64,000 nucleotides of DNA, from the NCBI RefSeq assembly GCF_006345805.1, contig NC_043011.1:3906001-3970000 (forward strand), in the 5' to 3' direction. Below are positions 1-12,132 of this stretch, one piece after another. Every line of letters starts with the position of its first letter. The stretch's first letter is position 1. Made by a program: the position numbers and the translations under genes. This stretch comes from Octopus sinensis (lineage: Eukaryota). The notes below the pieces were generated by a model that saw nothing but the letters and a program-made list of their open reading frames with translations, was not told the origin of the DNA and ran no database searches.

Positions 1-10
1 CACACACACA

Positions 11-42
<32 letters not shown>

Positions 43-55
43 TACATATATATAC

Positions 56-155
56 AATGGGCTTGTTTCAATTACCAAATCCACTCCCAGAGCTTTGGTT
101 ATTTCAGGGCTATAGTAGATGACACATGCTCAAGGTGACACACTGTGATTGGGAA
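56..155 (-). mobile_element. Degenerate fragment of tRNA-derived SINE family A
   Basis: Contains ccaaatccactc...gctttggt...ggctatagtaga...caaggtg, shared with full-length copies at 2186, 26310 and 52888. Confidence 0.7.
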
Positions 156-360
156 GCAAAATTAACTAAACAGATATACCTGCACCTCAATGCACATACA
201 TACATACACACACACAGATATATATATACATACACATCACTAAAGTGACCGAGGGCACTAGTTAGCACTAGTATTGCTAGAAATAAGAGTTGTGCAGAGT
301 TCAACAGTTCAACTCAAGGAGATTACTGGTAAAAAGAGTTTGAATGAAAGGGAGATGATG

Positions 361-369
361 ATAATAATA

Positions 370-408
<39 letters not shown>

Positions 409-410
409 TA
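361..410. repeat. (AAT)n microsatellite
   Basis: Direct reading. Confidence 0.95.
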
Positions 411-479
411 ACGGTGACCCCAATGAACTAAGGTATGCAATGCATGTGTGTATGTGAGAATGGTGTATGTGAGTGTGTA

Positions 480-675
480 TGTTATATTATATTCATAGTA
501 TTTAATGTAATATTGTAATACAAATAAATCATTGGATAGTCAATAGTATATCTCTATATTTAATTTATCTTTATAATTGAATTATACCAATATTTGTATG
601 GTATCCAACTGAAGTGAATTGGATGTTTAACACACCCCTTTGAAGGATTTCTTTTCCTCTGTTTGTTACTTTAGA

Positions 676-680
<5 letters not shown>
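480..680 (+). repeat. TA-associated interspersed repeat, same family as 14870-15080
   Basis: gttatattatattcatagta...tggatgtttaacacac.cctttgaaggat is shared with 14880-15070 and ends in (TA)n. Confidence 0.75.
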
Positions 681-708
<28 letters not shown>

Positions 709-769
709 GCATATCCTTGAGGCTATCTTAGAAACAAGGTGCATGAAACCATCAACTTGATTGATATGA

Positions 770-1320
770 TCTCTGCAAATGCTTGTAATAAATCCTTGTT
801 GATTGTGAGCCAGAGTGTGGTTGGTTCTAAACAAACTGGATGTTGTCTGGAAATCAACCCTGTCAGACAACCTTAAGAGGAATTTTTTCCTTGCAACAGT
901 AGAATCAGTCCTTTTATATGAAGCAACAGCCTGGATACTTGCCAAAAAAACTGGAATCCAAGTGAGATGGAACTTACACTCAAACGTTAAGAGCAGTCTT
1001 AAACATATTTTTGAGAACTCACCCAACCAAGAAACAGCTGTATGGAGATTTCCTGCTTGTTTCCATCATTGTAAGGGAAAGGCACTTGTGCTTTGCCAGA
1101 GATCGCTGATGAGCTGAATAAGAATTGGCAAGTGACCTACTGCTATGGATGCCAATGCATGTCCGTACTTGCGCTGGTCATCCAAACATAATGTATGTAG
1201 ATCAACTCACCAGAGACACTGGACACTTCCTTGAAGATCTCCCTCAACTAATGCATTACTAAGAGGGATGGAGCGTGGAGGCTAAGACTGTCTGAGTTAG
1301 CTCGACCAGATGATGATGAT
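770..1320 (+). mobile_element. Decayed 3' part of an RTE-like LINE ORF
   Basis: Translation LNKLDVVWKSTLSDNLKRNFFLATVESVLLYEATAW resembles the post-RT region of RTE-type LINEs; frameshifted; ends in a (GAT)n tail. Confidence 0.8.
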
Positions 1321-1607
1321 AAGTATACATAAGTGGGAGGGGGCAGTAAAATCATCATCATCATCATCACTTTCCAATACTTACATGGTAGGTTTTCTAC
1401 AGCTGATTACCCATCCTGGTGCCAACCTTCACTTGTTTCTAAGATAATATTTTCCCATGACCAGATATGTTTCTGTGGAAGTTTTGAAATAAAGGTCACC
1501 ACTTGTATTCACCATTCACTTTTATATGATGTGAAGGCAAGGAAACAATAATACACACACACATAAGTATTAGTAATAATAATAATTATTAATATAAATA
1601 ATAATAA

Positions 1608-2185
1608 CAAATAGGCCAGACATTATATTGAAGGATTTCAGACAAAAATCATACCTCCTCAACACTATGACTGTCCCAATCAACCTGTCAAGACCTGAAA
1701 TAGAAATTGACAAAATGTGGAACCTCAAGACTAAAACAATACCTGTTGTCATAGGTGCCCTGGGAATGATAGCAAAAGGGGCTGATTGCTACCTAACTCA
1801 TATACCAGGAAACCCCAAAATGGTAGAAATTCGAAAGATAGTGCTCATGGGAACTGCTCATATCCTTTGAAAAATATTGTCTGTGTGATCCTAAAAATAT
1901 TTTCATCTGTAAACATTGTCAAAAGTACTTTTAAATATACATAATAGCAAAAATCTTTTACTGTCACCTTAATGTCACACTATCATCTTATAATCAAATT
2001 ACTTTTATTTTGAATTTCTAATTTTGTTATTTTTTGATAGACATTCTCTAGAAAAATACTCTGTGCAAAACCCAAAATATGGCACCCTAATCATAACACC
2101 GACTCAAACTTCCAGCTTGTCTCTTGAGGTCTCTGGATGAGACTTGGAATCAACTTGTACAAATACAAAGCAAAAGCCAAACATA
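1608..2185 (+). mobile_element. 5'-truncated R4/Dong-like non-LTR retrotransposon (restriction-like endonuclease C-terminus plus 3' UTR)
   Basis: NRPDIILKDFRQK...MTVP...EIEIDKMWNLKTKTIPVVIGALG...IVLMGTAHIL is typical of the RLE domain; flanked by (TAA)n. Confidence 0.8.
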
Positions 2186-2582
2186 TCTCTTTTACTCTCT
2201 TACTTGTTTCAGTCATTTGACTGCGGCCATGCTGGAGCACCACCTTTAATCAAGCAACTCGACCCCGGGATTTATTCTTTTTGTAAGCCCAGTACTTATT
2301 CTATCGGTCTCTTTTGCCGAACCGCTAAGTAACGGGGATATAAACACACCAACACACCAGCATCGGTTGTCAAGCAATGCTAGGGGGACAAACACACACA
2401 CACGCATATATATATATATACTTATATACAACGGGCTTCTTTCAGTTTCCGTCTACCAAATCCACTCACTTGGTTGGCCCGAGGCTATAGTAGAAGATAC
2501 TTGCCCAAGGTGCCACGCAGTGGGACTGAACCCGGAACCATGTGGTTGGTAAACAAGCTACTTACCACACAGCCACTCCTGC
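2186..2582 (-). mobile_element. Full-length tRNA-derived SINE family A (CORE-like)
   Basis: Minus strand has A-box-like TGGCTGTGTGGT, B-box-like GGTTCAGTCCC, CORE-like GGCACCTTGGGCAAGT, an internal CA/TA tract and a (GAGTAAAA)n-type tail. Confidence 0.9.
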
Positions 2583-2892
2583 TAATAATAATAATAATAA
2601 TAATAATAAGAGGTGTTACCTTAGTTCACTGGTAGTGAACAGCTGACACTGTAGCACACCTCCAGCGTTAGAAGCTGTGCAAAGGCAACAACAATAATGA
2701 TAATCATACCCAATGGAAGAATTCACAAATTGACTAACAAAGTATTGAAGACACAAACCTTGGATTCTGACCGTTGTGGTTAGCCAACATCTGGAACCCA
2801 TCTGATAGCTAACACAGTATCCCCTCGGATAATATATTCCTCCTAACCCATATATACATATATATATATACATACATATATATATATATATA

Positions 2893-3385
2893 TAAACTTA
2901 GATAAACTTAGATATGTTTCGACCAAAGATTAGTCCAGGCCATGTCTAACTTAATAGCACCACCTGATAGGATTATTCGAATCCTGTTTAAGTCAAGTTT
3001 TGTTCAAGTAGTGAGTTCTTGTTGGGTGAGTTGTATCCAATTATGGGTGGCTTATCTGGTATTCTTTGAAGGAATCTATCCAGACTCTGTTTAAAGTTGA
3101 TGGGATCCTTTTCCTCTTTGATCTCTCTCGGGACAATGTTAAATAGGGCAGGGCCTGTTGAGGAAAAGAAATTATGTTGCAGTGTACATGTATGTTGTGA
3201 TCTTGAATTGGGCAGGGGACGTATAGCCCGTGGTCCAATTCTTGGATGAACCTTGAAGCTAATGTTTAGGTCGTTTGGGCAAAGTTGGCGGTATATTTTC
3301 CACATCGTACAAATGATGTACCGCTCACGGCGACGCTGGAGGAAGAAAAGTTTCAAGGCTTTAAGGCGATCCCAATAATCGAGAG
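2893..3385 (-). mobile_element. 3' end of a CR1/L2-type LINE
   Basis: YWDRLKALKLFFLQRRRERY...GPALFNIVPREIKEE...FKQSLDRFLQRIPD*, followed by a 3' UTR stem-loop and a (CTAAGTTTAT)2 tail. Confidence 0.85.
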
Positions 3386-3399
3386 CATATATATATATA

Positions 3400-3600
3400 G
3401 TTAATCCAAACAAGAAAGCACAAAAGTACACAACAACGTGAGGACGTGGAACAAATACAGTATTATTGGACGCTGAGGAAAGAAGGAAAGAAGGAGGGTT
3501 TAACATTTCGAGCAGAGCTCTTCGTCGGAAACATAGGAGGAAAGATCCAGAGAAGGGAAGTCAGAGGAAAAAAAATCGCCAACGGTACATACCATGTCTA
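3400..3600 (-). mobile_element. TA-embedded ~200-bp element with hammerhead-like motif (core CCGACGA)
   Basis: Minus strand 3532-3498 reads GTTT CCGACGA A GAGC-TCT-GCTC GAAA TG TT AAAC; (TA)n on both sides. Confidence 0.6.
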
Positions 3601-3602
3601 TC

Positions 3603-3605
3603 AAA

Positions 3606-3640
<35 letters not shown>

Positions 3641-3699
3641 ATATATATATAATATATATATATATATATACATAGTTATAGATAGATAGATAGATAGAC

Positions 3700-3749
<50 letters not shown>
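3603..3749. repeat. (TA)n followed by (GATA)n
   Basis: Direct reading. Confidence 0.95.
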
Positions 3750-4493
3750 GTCTATATAATTTAGGCGATAAGTACAATCCAGGTAATCATTTTATCAGCA
3801 CTATATGTTGGAACCTGGCTACTGTAGTGATCCAATAAATGAAGAAAGATCACAAATACTTCAGTTAATGATAAAAGGAACAATTTGCAAATCCAAGGTA
3901 CGCATATCCAGTAGGCGTGTTATAATCCTTTCAGAGTGAATAATAATTAATTTAATTTGAAGGGTAGTGAAGGCCAAGCAATGCTGTTTACATGTCTGTA
4001 AATGAATGCCATTTATTTCATATTATGTACAAAGTTATGCAGCATATGCAACATATTGTAATAACATTGTCATTCACTTACTTCCTTACATATCCTGATT
4101 TGAATCACAATCAACAAATGAAATTGACCTGCAACACAGGGAAAATTTTCATCATTTCATAGGTGCATCAACAATATGCAAATAGATTAAATGTATATAA
4201 TTTTTCATCAACAAAAGCTCCTAGCATATTATTTGTCACATAAGATTTAAGTCAATTGCTCAAAAGCAAAAGAAAATCAGTTAAATATTTCTTCATTCTT
4301 CAAAGCATATTCTACTCAGCGATAATTCAGTCATTATTATGACCAGTTTGGCAACATTAGTCAATTAACAGTCAAGCCAGACAGGGTCAGTTTTGATAAT
4401 AAACAATAACAAAAAAGATAAAAATTTACAATGTTGTCCATTAACTACCAATATGTTTCATTCTCTCATTCCTCTTTCCTCTTTTTTCACTCA

Positions 4494-4550
<57 letters not shown>

Positions 4551-4974
4551 CTAAATATATAAAACTTCAATTATCCGCACTAAAGCACGGGGGCGAAACC
4601 CCATGGTCGTAACCTCAACCGTGTCTTTTCTGGTGTGATTTTTGCTACACAGGTATCGGTTAAATTTTGAATAATCCGTAACAAGATAATTCATTTATCC
4701 ATTTCATTAAATATATATATATGTATGTATATATATATGTATGTATATATATATATGTATGTATATACACATACAAACACATATTCACATAATTTTTCAC
4801 ACACTTATACATACACATACAAACAAACATGTGCACATACACACACACATATATATATATGCATACACTTTTACACATGTGCATATATGTGTGTATGTGT
4901 GTGTGTGTCTACTCACACATCCATGCATATATAAAAAAGATAGTACACACAACACCCTTCAACACACACACACA

Positions 4975-5480
4975 TACATCATCCTCATCATCGTTTCCAT
5001 ACTGGCATGGGTTGGATGCTTTGACTGAGGTCTGGCGTGCCAGTTGCTGCAACAGGCTCCAATCTGATCTGGAAATGTTTCTACAGCTGGATGCCTTTCC
5101 TAACACCAATCACCCAATCCCTCTGAGAGTGTAGTGGGTGCTTTTTACATGCCACCAGCACAGGAGTCAGTCAGGCAGGCTTGGCATCGATCACATTCGG
5201 ATAGTGCTTTTTACATGCCACCAGCTCAGGGTCCAGTCAGTGGGTACTGGCATTCGGATGGAGCCAGTCAGTGGTACTAGCATCAGCCACGTTCAGATGG
5301 TGCTTTTAATATGCCACTGGCATGGAGGCCAGTCGAGTGGTCCTGGCATCAATCACATTTGAATAGTGCTTTTTACATTCCACCAGCATGGGAGCCAGTC
5401 AGGAAATATAGGTATCAGCCACATTTGGATGGTGCTTTTTACATGCAACTGGCATGGGAGCCAGTCAGGGGCACTGGCAC
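4975..5480 (-). mobile_element. (GAT)n-tailed SINE-like element with an internal ~63-bp tandem repeat array
   Basis: catcatc tail, atgggttggat...ctggatgcc.ttcc body, then about 5 units of ggtgctttttacatgccacc.gca.gg..ccagtcag. Confidence 0.8.
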
Positions 5481-5609
5481 AGCTACAATATTGGTTTTAC
5501 TTGATCAATACATATCCACACACATATATATACTTACACACATAACTAACATACAGTTAAATACAATGCATACACAATATATATGTGCATCCAAATATTG
5601 AGGTACATG

Positions 5610-5768
5610 GTGTTAGGAAGGGCATCCAGCTGTAGAAACTCTGCCAAATCAAGATTGGAGCCTGGTACAACCACCTGGTACAACCACCTGGTTCACCAGC
5701 CCTCAGTCAAAATCGTCCAACCCATTCTAGCATGGAAAGCAGACGTTAAACAATGATGATGATGATGT
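5610..5768 (+). mobile_element. 3' fragment of the same (GAT)n-tailed element
   Basis: aggaagggcatccagctgtagaaac...ccaaccc...gacgttaaacaatgatgatgat. Confidence 0.8.
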
Positions 5769-5899
5769 TGTATGTACACACATACATATCCCAGCATATA
5801 TATGCATTGTTATGCTTAGCCATTCTGTTTAGATAATCTTACCATTACCAAATCTCACCAGCTTTCATCTTGTCCTTTGTACATGAACAGGATAATGGC

Positions 5900-6180
5900 C
5901 AGGCATGCTTCCATGATATACTGACTCTCTCTCTATCCACTCAGTCGAAGTCAACTCTCGGTCACTCATTGGATCAGTGTCCTTCAGTCAGTTCTATCCT
6001 GGGCCACTTCTTTCAGATTGGCTATGTCCATTCTGGTATCACTCTTGATGGTGTCAAGCCAGCGGGTTCTTAATCGGCCTCTTCCTCTCTTGCCACAGAC
6101 CATTCCGAGCATGATGTCCTTCTTCAGGGATTTTCTCCACATAATATGACCGAAATATGCCAATCTATGACAGTAAGCAA
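5900..6180 (-). mobile_element. RTE (BovB-like) LINE 3' fragment
   Basis: RLAYFGHIMWRKSLKKDIMLGMVCGKRGRGRLRTRWLDTIKSDT...QDRTD. Confidence 0.85.
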
Positions 6181-6542
6181 TATTGCTTATATGAGATGTC
6201 GTTCGTTTACAATTAGCAAGTGTTATCAGTGCAAGGAAACACAAATACAATGACATTTACACATGCATACATGCACACATACAAACACACACTTACATAT
6301 GTGCATATGCATCAAGTGTTTTTTTAAATTTCTGTCCACCCAAGCCACTCGTAAGTCTTTGGTCAGCTCAAGGCTAAAGTAGAAACACTGTGCAGTACAA
6401 TGGAATTGAACCCAAAGTCAATTAGTTACGAAGTAAACTTGTTATGCTTCAAATTACATTTGTGCCAATACTTACATGTGCTTATATGTATATACATACA
6501 TATGTGTATTGATATACCCTTATACATATATATGTATATATT

Positions 6543-6585
<43 letters not shown>

Positions 6586-6638
6586 GTTTATATATTTGTT
6601 GTGCAAGATTTTTTATGTGAAGTCGTGTGTTGAAACAG

Positions 6639-6837
6639 ATATTGTTATATTTCGGAATGGTCATTTTGCCAGTTTAGCCAATAAAAAACACAACGCACGA
6701 TATTTGGTGTTCTTGTTTCGTATTAAGATTAAGATTAATGTAAAAAATAAATAACACTGAAACAAAGTAACACCAAATATATAGTGCATGTGTTTTTATT
6801 GGCTAAACTGGCAAAATGACCATTCCGAAATACAACA

Positions 6838-6841
<4 letters not shown>
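6639..6841. repeat. Fold-back/MITE-like element with ~85-bp inverted arms next to (TA)n
   Basis: attgttatatttcggaatggtcattttgccagtttagccaataaaaa is inverted at 6790-6841. Confidence 0.85.
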
Positions 6842-6868
<27 letters not shown>

Positions 6869-6886
6869 TATATATATACATATATA

Positions 6887-6925
<39 letters not shown>

Positions 6926-6954
6926 TATATATATATATGTATATATATATATAT

Positions 6955-6991
<37 letters not shown>

Positions 6992-7089
6992 GTATAAGGG
7001 TATATCTATACACATATATATGAATGTGTATGTGAATGTATGTGTACTATAGAGTTATTCCCATTATACATATTAATTTAAAAAGTTGG

Positions 7090-7400
7090 TATATCTGAAT
7101 GATTATATGAAGTGTTAGGCCTGGAATATTTGAATGAAAGCCATATTAAAAAGAAATTTTTGGCGGCAACACTTAGAGATATGTGCAAAATAAATCAAAT
7201 CATTAAATTAAGTATCTGGAAGCAGTGAAATAAAGGAATCAGTTAGAATCTAGATGTTATGAGATTAAGTTATGGGTAGGTTAAATGAATTATGAAAATC
7301 TAGGGGGGGAATAATATTTAGCGAAATTAGTTCAGCAATTAGAATATATAGCCGGGGATAAGTTCAACAATTTTTATAAGGAATGTGTTTATCTATCTAT
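7090..7400 (+). mobile_element. Highly decayed CR1-like LINE fragment
   Basis: Remnant translation VLGLEYLNE.HIK...GRLNEL; many stop codons. Confidence 0.4.
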
Positions 7401-8765
7401 ATAAGCAGTTTAATTATTGATTTATCCATTTTCCTATAAAGAAGCAATGCATATTAAACTTATTCCTTTCTTTTATTTTTTCTCTTCTTTCTCACTTAAG
7501 TATCATTGTAGTAATATGACTCTCGATACTATATTATTAATGTGTTTAATGTTTCATGTTTTCTACTAGTTCCAAATCCAAAGGATGGTCTCTGACTATA
7601 TGTTGTAAGTCTTCAGTGATAGTAATGGAACTGAAGACACACAATCAGTTAATTATCCAAGTAGCTGTATTCCTTTTTTTTTTAATTCAGGATAATAGAA
7701 CAAGTTAAACAGCTAGAAAAGGGTTTAAGTGACTATATAGCTAAATTATGTTACAGGGTCTAAAGATATATTTACATTATATAGCAATATAGATGTTATG
7801 TTTTAAAAATCTAATAAACTTAACTGAGAGGTTAGAGGAAGAGAAAAATTACATACTTTACCTTGAATGTATAAGGTCTACAAGAAGTTAAAAATATCAA
7901 GCTATCACTGCTTCTGAATTGAGGAATTTAAATATAGAGAAAAGGAGAAATCAAGAAATAATAAAGTTTTATTATATAATGATAGGGTTGAATATATAAA
8001 GAATAAAATTCAATAATATGATAGCTAGTATATATTATCAATAAAATTCTACATTATCATTGCATTGAAATTTGCTCAATGGAAATTCATTTCATGTTTC
8101 GACTAACTCACTAATGGATGCAACAAATCATTGCATACACTTGGAGCTAAAAGAATGATTATTCACTGAGATGTTATATAAGTTTTATATAAAATAATGT
8201 GACAACAACAAAAATTAGCCTTTTTTTTTACCTTTGATGGATTTTACAAAAATGTTTACATTAACTTAGACTTTAGAATAATTTTTTATAAAACTAATTT
8301 TTTTCTGTTTAAGAAATATATTATTTGCCTTATTTGTTTTCAAATTAAAATTGTCTGATTTATGTATACAACAGAAAAAATTAGTGAAACATTATCTAAT
8401 AACATAATTATTAGAGTGATTTGTGGATATATTAATTATGCTCATAAGTAAATCTGCCACTCCCTATTCATAATTTAGTCTATTAGAACTTTTGTCTTTC
8501 TTTCCTCCAGACAGTCCAAAATAATGTGGAGCGGAATGGTGACTGGAAAAATATACTCGTTCCTTTTGAGTGTCATTGAATCGATAGTTTATTTTACATA
8601 ATCAGATATACAGGAATATATTCTTCATCTGAAAAACCATTTTAGTTGGTTTGTGAGAAGGAATAACAGTTATAGACAGATGAACATATAGGTTTACTTT
8701 CACATAAGTGTGTAGAGACATATACATTTATAGACATGTATAATAGATCTAGTGACACACAGTAA

Positions 8766-8792
<27 letters not shown>

Positions 8793-8799
<7 letters not shown>

Positions 8800-9063
8800 T
8801 AAAAACGGTAAGATAACAAAAGAAAGAAAGAGACCTCAATATTATGTAAATAGAGGAAATTTATCTATAAAATATGTTACAATTATTCAATAGTCAAGAT
8901 AAAACTCTGAGTTTCGGATGCTGAAGTGGAAATCCACAACACCATCTCTTCGGTTATCTGGCCAGATAACCGAAGAGATGGTGTTGTGGATTTTCACTTC
9001 AGCATCCGAACCTCAGAGTTTTATCTTGACTATTGAATAACTGTAACATATTATTTTATAGAT
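8793..9063. mobile_element. TA-embedded element with a 200-bp palindrome and two hammerhead-like motifs (core CCGAAGA)
   Basis: Palindrome centred on ctggccag (8958-8965); same family as 59125-59296. Confidence 0.75.
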
Positions 9064-9419
9064 ATATATATATATACAAACTCACATGTGTAATCAGAGA
9101 AAGGTGCATATACAAATGAACACAGACAAGTGCAAGTAGAAATTATGTATATTATGGATTAGATGGAGTAATGTCCTCATCTTGGTTGTTGCTTTCACTA
9201 TGTTTCAGCTAAATAAGTTCCAGCCTTCTTCAGATGTCTTGTGATTCACCTTATTGCTTTGCCTGGGACTGAACTCAGAACCTCTAGGTGACTGCATTGG
9301 AGCCAACTAATACATAATATATAAAATTTCTCATCTCAGAAATACAGAATTGTATTATCCAATTGGTATGAAACTGACATATGTCATCAATGAAGGTTTA
9401 TAAGACTTACAGAAGTCTG

Positions 9420-10270
9420 GTGTTCTTACCATCAAGACAATCTTGAAGATTTTCCCTCATATTCTAGGTTTTAGTTCCATATCAAAGAATGATCTATAGA
9501 AATGCTCAAAGAGGGTCAACCTTGTTTAGTTTAGAATGTCTAGATGTTTTGTAGCTTGTTACAGTCTTTGTATGTGAGGAAATCTTTCTTACTGTCATCA
9601 ACAGAGTGACCAAAAGTACTTGAAGACTCTGATTTCCATGATTTGTGTGCTTATCATTGGAATAAATTGACCGATGGATATTTATCTTCGGTCTTCTTTG
9701 CATTGAAAAACAGATCATTTGGCAGCAGCATTCTGAAGGAATGTTAACAATCTCCTGCATCTTATATTTCACGAGCAGATTATCAACGTTGTCAATGTCC
9801 AGAGAGACACAAATTCTCCTAACATCTTGCTTGATGTTTTGCCTGTTTTGGATAGGGTCAAGACTTTGCCTAATGGTCATAGGCCATGCCTGTCACAAAG
9901 TAAAAAAGAGTTAGTGTCTGCATGAAGGATTCCTGCTGTTGTTGGAAACTCTTTAGTTGGAGGGCATGTTTTCATCAACAATGGTGATGGCTTTGACAAT
10001 CTCCTATGAGATAACTTGGTTGAACAGAATATGAAACATGCTCCCCTCCCCTGCTGACATTATATCAACAGCCTTCAAGAAATCCACAAATAATTTTGAT
10101 GGTTTTTTTGCTTAAAGATTCTGATCTGTTCTATAATTCTTTTGAGGGCAAGAATCTGTGTAGGGTTGATCTACTTTTGCAGAAGCTGTTTCTGTGATCT
10201 TTGTAACTAAGGAGATCAATAGAAGGAATACTTGATTAAAATACACAAATTCCCTTCACAGCTTTTCTTT
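9420..10270 (-). mobile_element. Decayed RTE-like LINE reverse transcriptase region
   Basis: Frameshifted remnants RST..ILALKRIIEQ, LFVDFLKAVD, AGILHADT, NAKKTE. Confidence 0.75.
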
Positions 10271-10802
10271 TCACTGTATAAAAATATACATGGAACTTTG
10301 AATACTATTTGCATCATGCATCTTAATCCACAACATACAATACATGAGTGTATTAACATGTGTGTGTGTGTGAGTGTGCAAAGGTAATATCCAAGGATCC
10401 AGGTGTAGGAAGTTAGTAAGTTTCAAGCAGTCCATAGAAGGTATGAAAACAACATACAGGAACAATCATGGTTTATCGATGTAGAAGGTTGTATATTTTT
10501 CCTATATCAAAGTTTGATAAGCTGTGTCTTTATACCATGCAGGCATAGGTTAGGTTAGGAGGTATTTCAGGCAGGATTTTTTAGCTAGATATTCATCTTA
10601 TTATTCATTCATTCCACTCATTCATTCATTCACAAACATAGGTACATATCTCCATATATACATACTATACTATTAACGAATATAGAACTCAGCATTTGTA
10701 TTATATACTGAACATTGAATTTGAAAAAGTCTACTTTGCATGAGCCATATTCAATAAAATTAACACAATATATGTGTATATATATATATATATATATGTC
10801 AA

Positions 10803-10997
10803 TATAGGGAGAGTTTACGAAAAAGACAAAAACCGAAGACAGGTGGTGTACAAAACAAACAGATGTATTAGTATAATGCTCAGGAATAGAAAAAGTCTTT
10901 TACATTTCGAGCCTACGCTCTTCTACAGAAAGGGACACAGAAAAAACAAGGAGAGAAAAAAAATGTGTGTAGTGGCTAACGATATGTCATGGCGATA
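10803..10997 (-). mobile_element. TA-embedded element with hammerhead-like motif (core CTGTAGA)
   Basis: CTTT CTGTAGA A GAGC-GTAG-GCTC GAAA TG TA AAAG at 10932-10897; relatives at 12130-12382 and 51965-52160. Confidence 0.7.
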
Positions 10998-11204
10998 TAT
11001 ATATTTGTTTATTTACTCCAAAACCTCATGTGCTCTCATTATTTTATTGCATTTTCACCGAAGGCAGAGAAAAACACTATCATCTCATGCAAGAGCATTG
11101 ATAATTGTTCAGGGATATACTTCTGTTAACATGAAATCATTGGTAGCCTAGTTAACCCACAAATAAAGTGTATATGTGTGTGTGTGTGTGTATACACACA
11201 CTCA

Positions 11205-11365
11205 CACAGATACATACATACATACATACATACATACATACATACATACATACATACACTCATACAGATACATACATACATACATACATACATGCATGCA
11301 TACATACATACATACATACATACACACACTCATACAGATACATACATACATACATACATACATAT
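11205..11365. repeat. (TACA)n microsatellite
   Basis: Direct reading. Confidence 0.95.
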
Positions 11366-11841
11366 GAGACTACCCTACAAATGCTATTAAATTCCAAGGA
11401 AAATGTTCTGTTCCTAGCTGGGAACTTGTACTCTCGTAATTGGTGAGCAATTGGAAAAAAAAAAAAACAAGATACAAACACATACATATTCTGGCACCCA
11501 TGAATATACATATCTTTAAGATTCATATCTATTTTTATGACAGCATGTTTGTGCACTTCCATTCAGTGTAAGAAATATAGTATTTTTAATTGATTTATAA
11601 CAATAGCTCTCCTAGGAGGAAATACAATGCTTTTTCGTTGTTTTTTTCTTATATTCATATTATCTTCATATGTTTGTGTTTATGATTTTTATCTAGTACA
11701 CATACACACACGCATATATATGTATTTCATTTTAATAAATATATATTTAGAGATAAATATATGATAGATGTGGGTACGAATGTGTGCATGTTCTGTATAT
11801 GTATGTACATAGATATAAATGTGAATGTGTCTATGTGTATA

Positions 11842-11875
<34 letters not shown>

Positions 11876-11876
<1 letters not shown>

Positions 11877-12094
11877 CATCATCATCATCATCATCATCGT
11901 TTAACGTCCGCTTTCCATGCTAGCATGGGTTGGACGATTTTTACTGTGGGCTGGCGAACCAGATGGCTGCACCAGGCTCCAGTCTTGATTTGGCAGGTTT
12001 CTACAGCTTGATGCCTTTCCTAATGCCAACCACTCCGAGGTGTAGTGGGTGCTTTTACATGCCACCGGCACGGGGGCCAGTCAGGCGGTACTGG

Positions 12095-12097
<3 letters not shown>
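11876..12097 (-). mobile_element. (GAT)n-tailed SINE-like element
   Basis: catcatcatcgtttaacgtccgctttccatgctagcatgggttggacg...gggtgcttttacatgccacc. Confidence 0.85.

Positions 12098-12129
<32 letters not shown>

Positions 12130-12132
<3 letters not shown>

Noticed and set aside
2913-2945. GACTAA/TTGGTC stem followed by GAAAC on minus, as a hammerhead
   Set aside because: There is no CUGANGA core, and it lies in a CR1/L2 3' UTR, where terminal stem-loops are expected.
4585-4605. GGGGCGAAACCCC hairpin
   Set aside because: There is no upstream core or stem I, and it is a single copy.
5120-5480. Regular repeats resembling a CRISPR array
   Set aside because: These are diverged contiguous tandem units with no unique spacers, in a eukaryotic SINE context with no cas genes.
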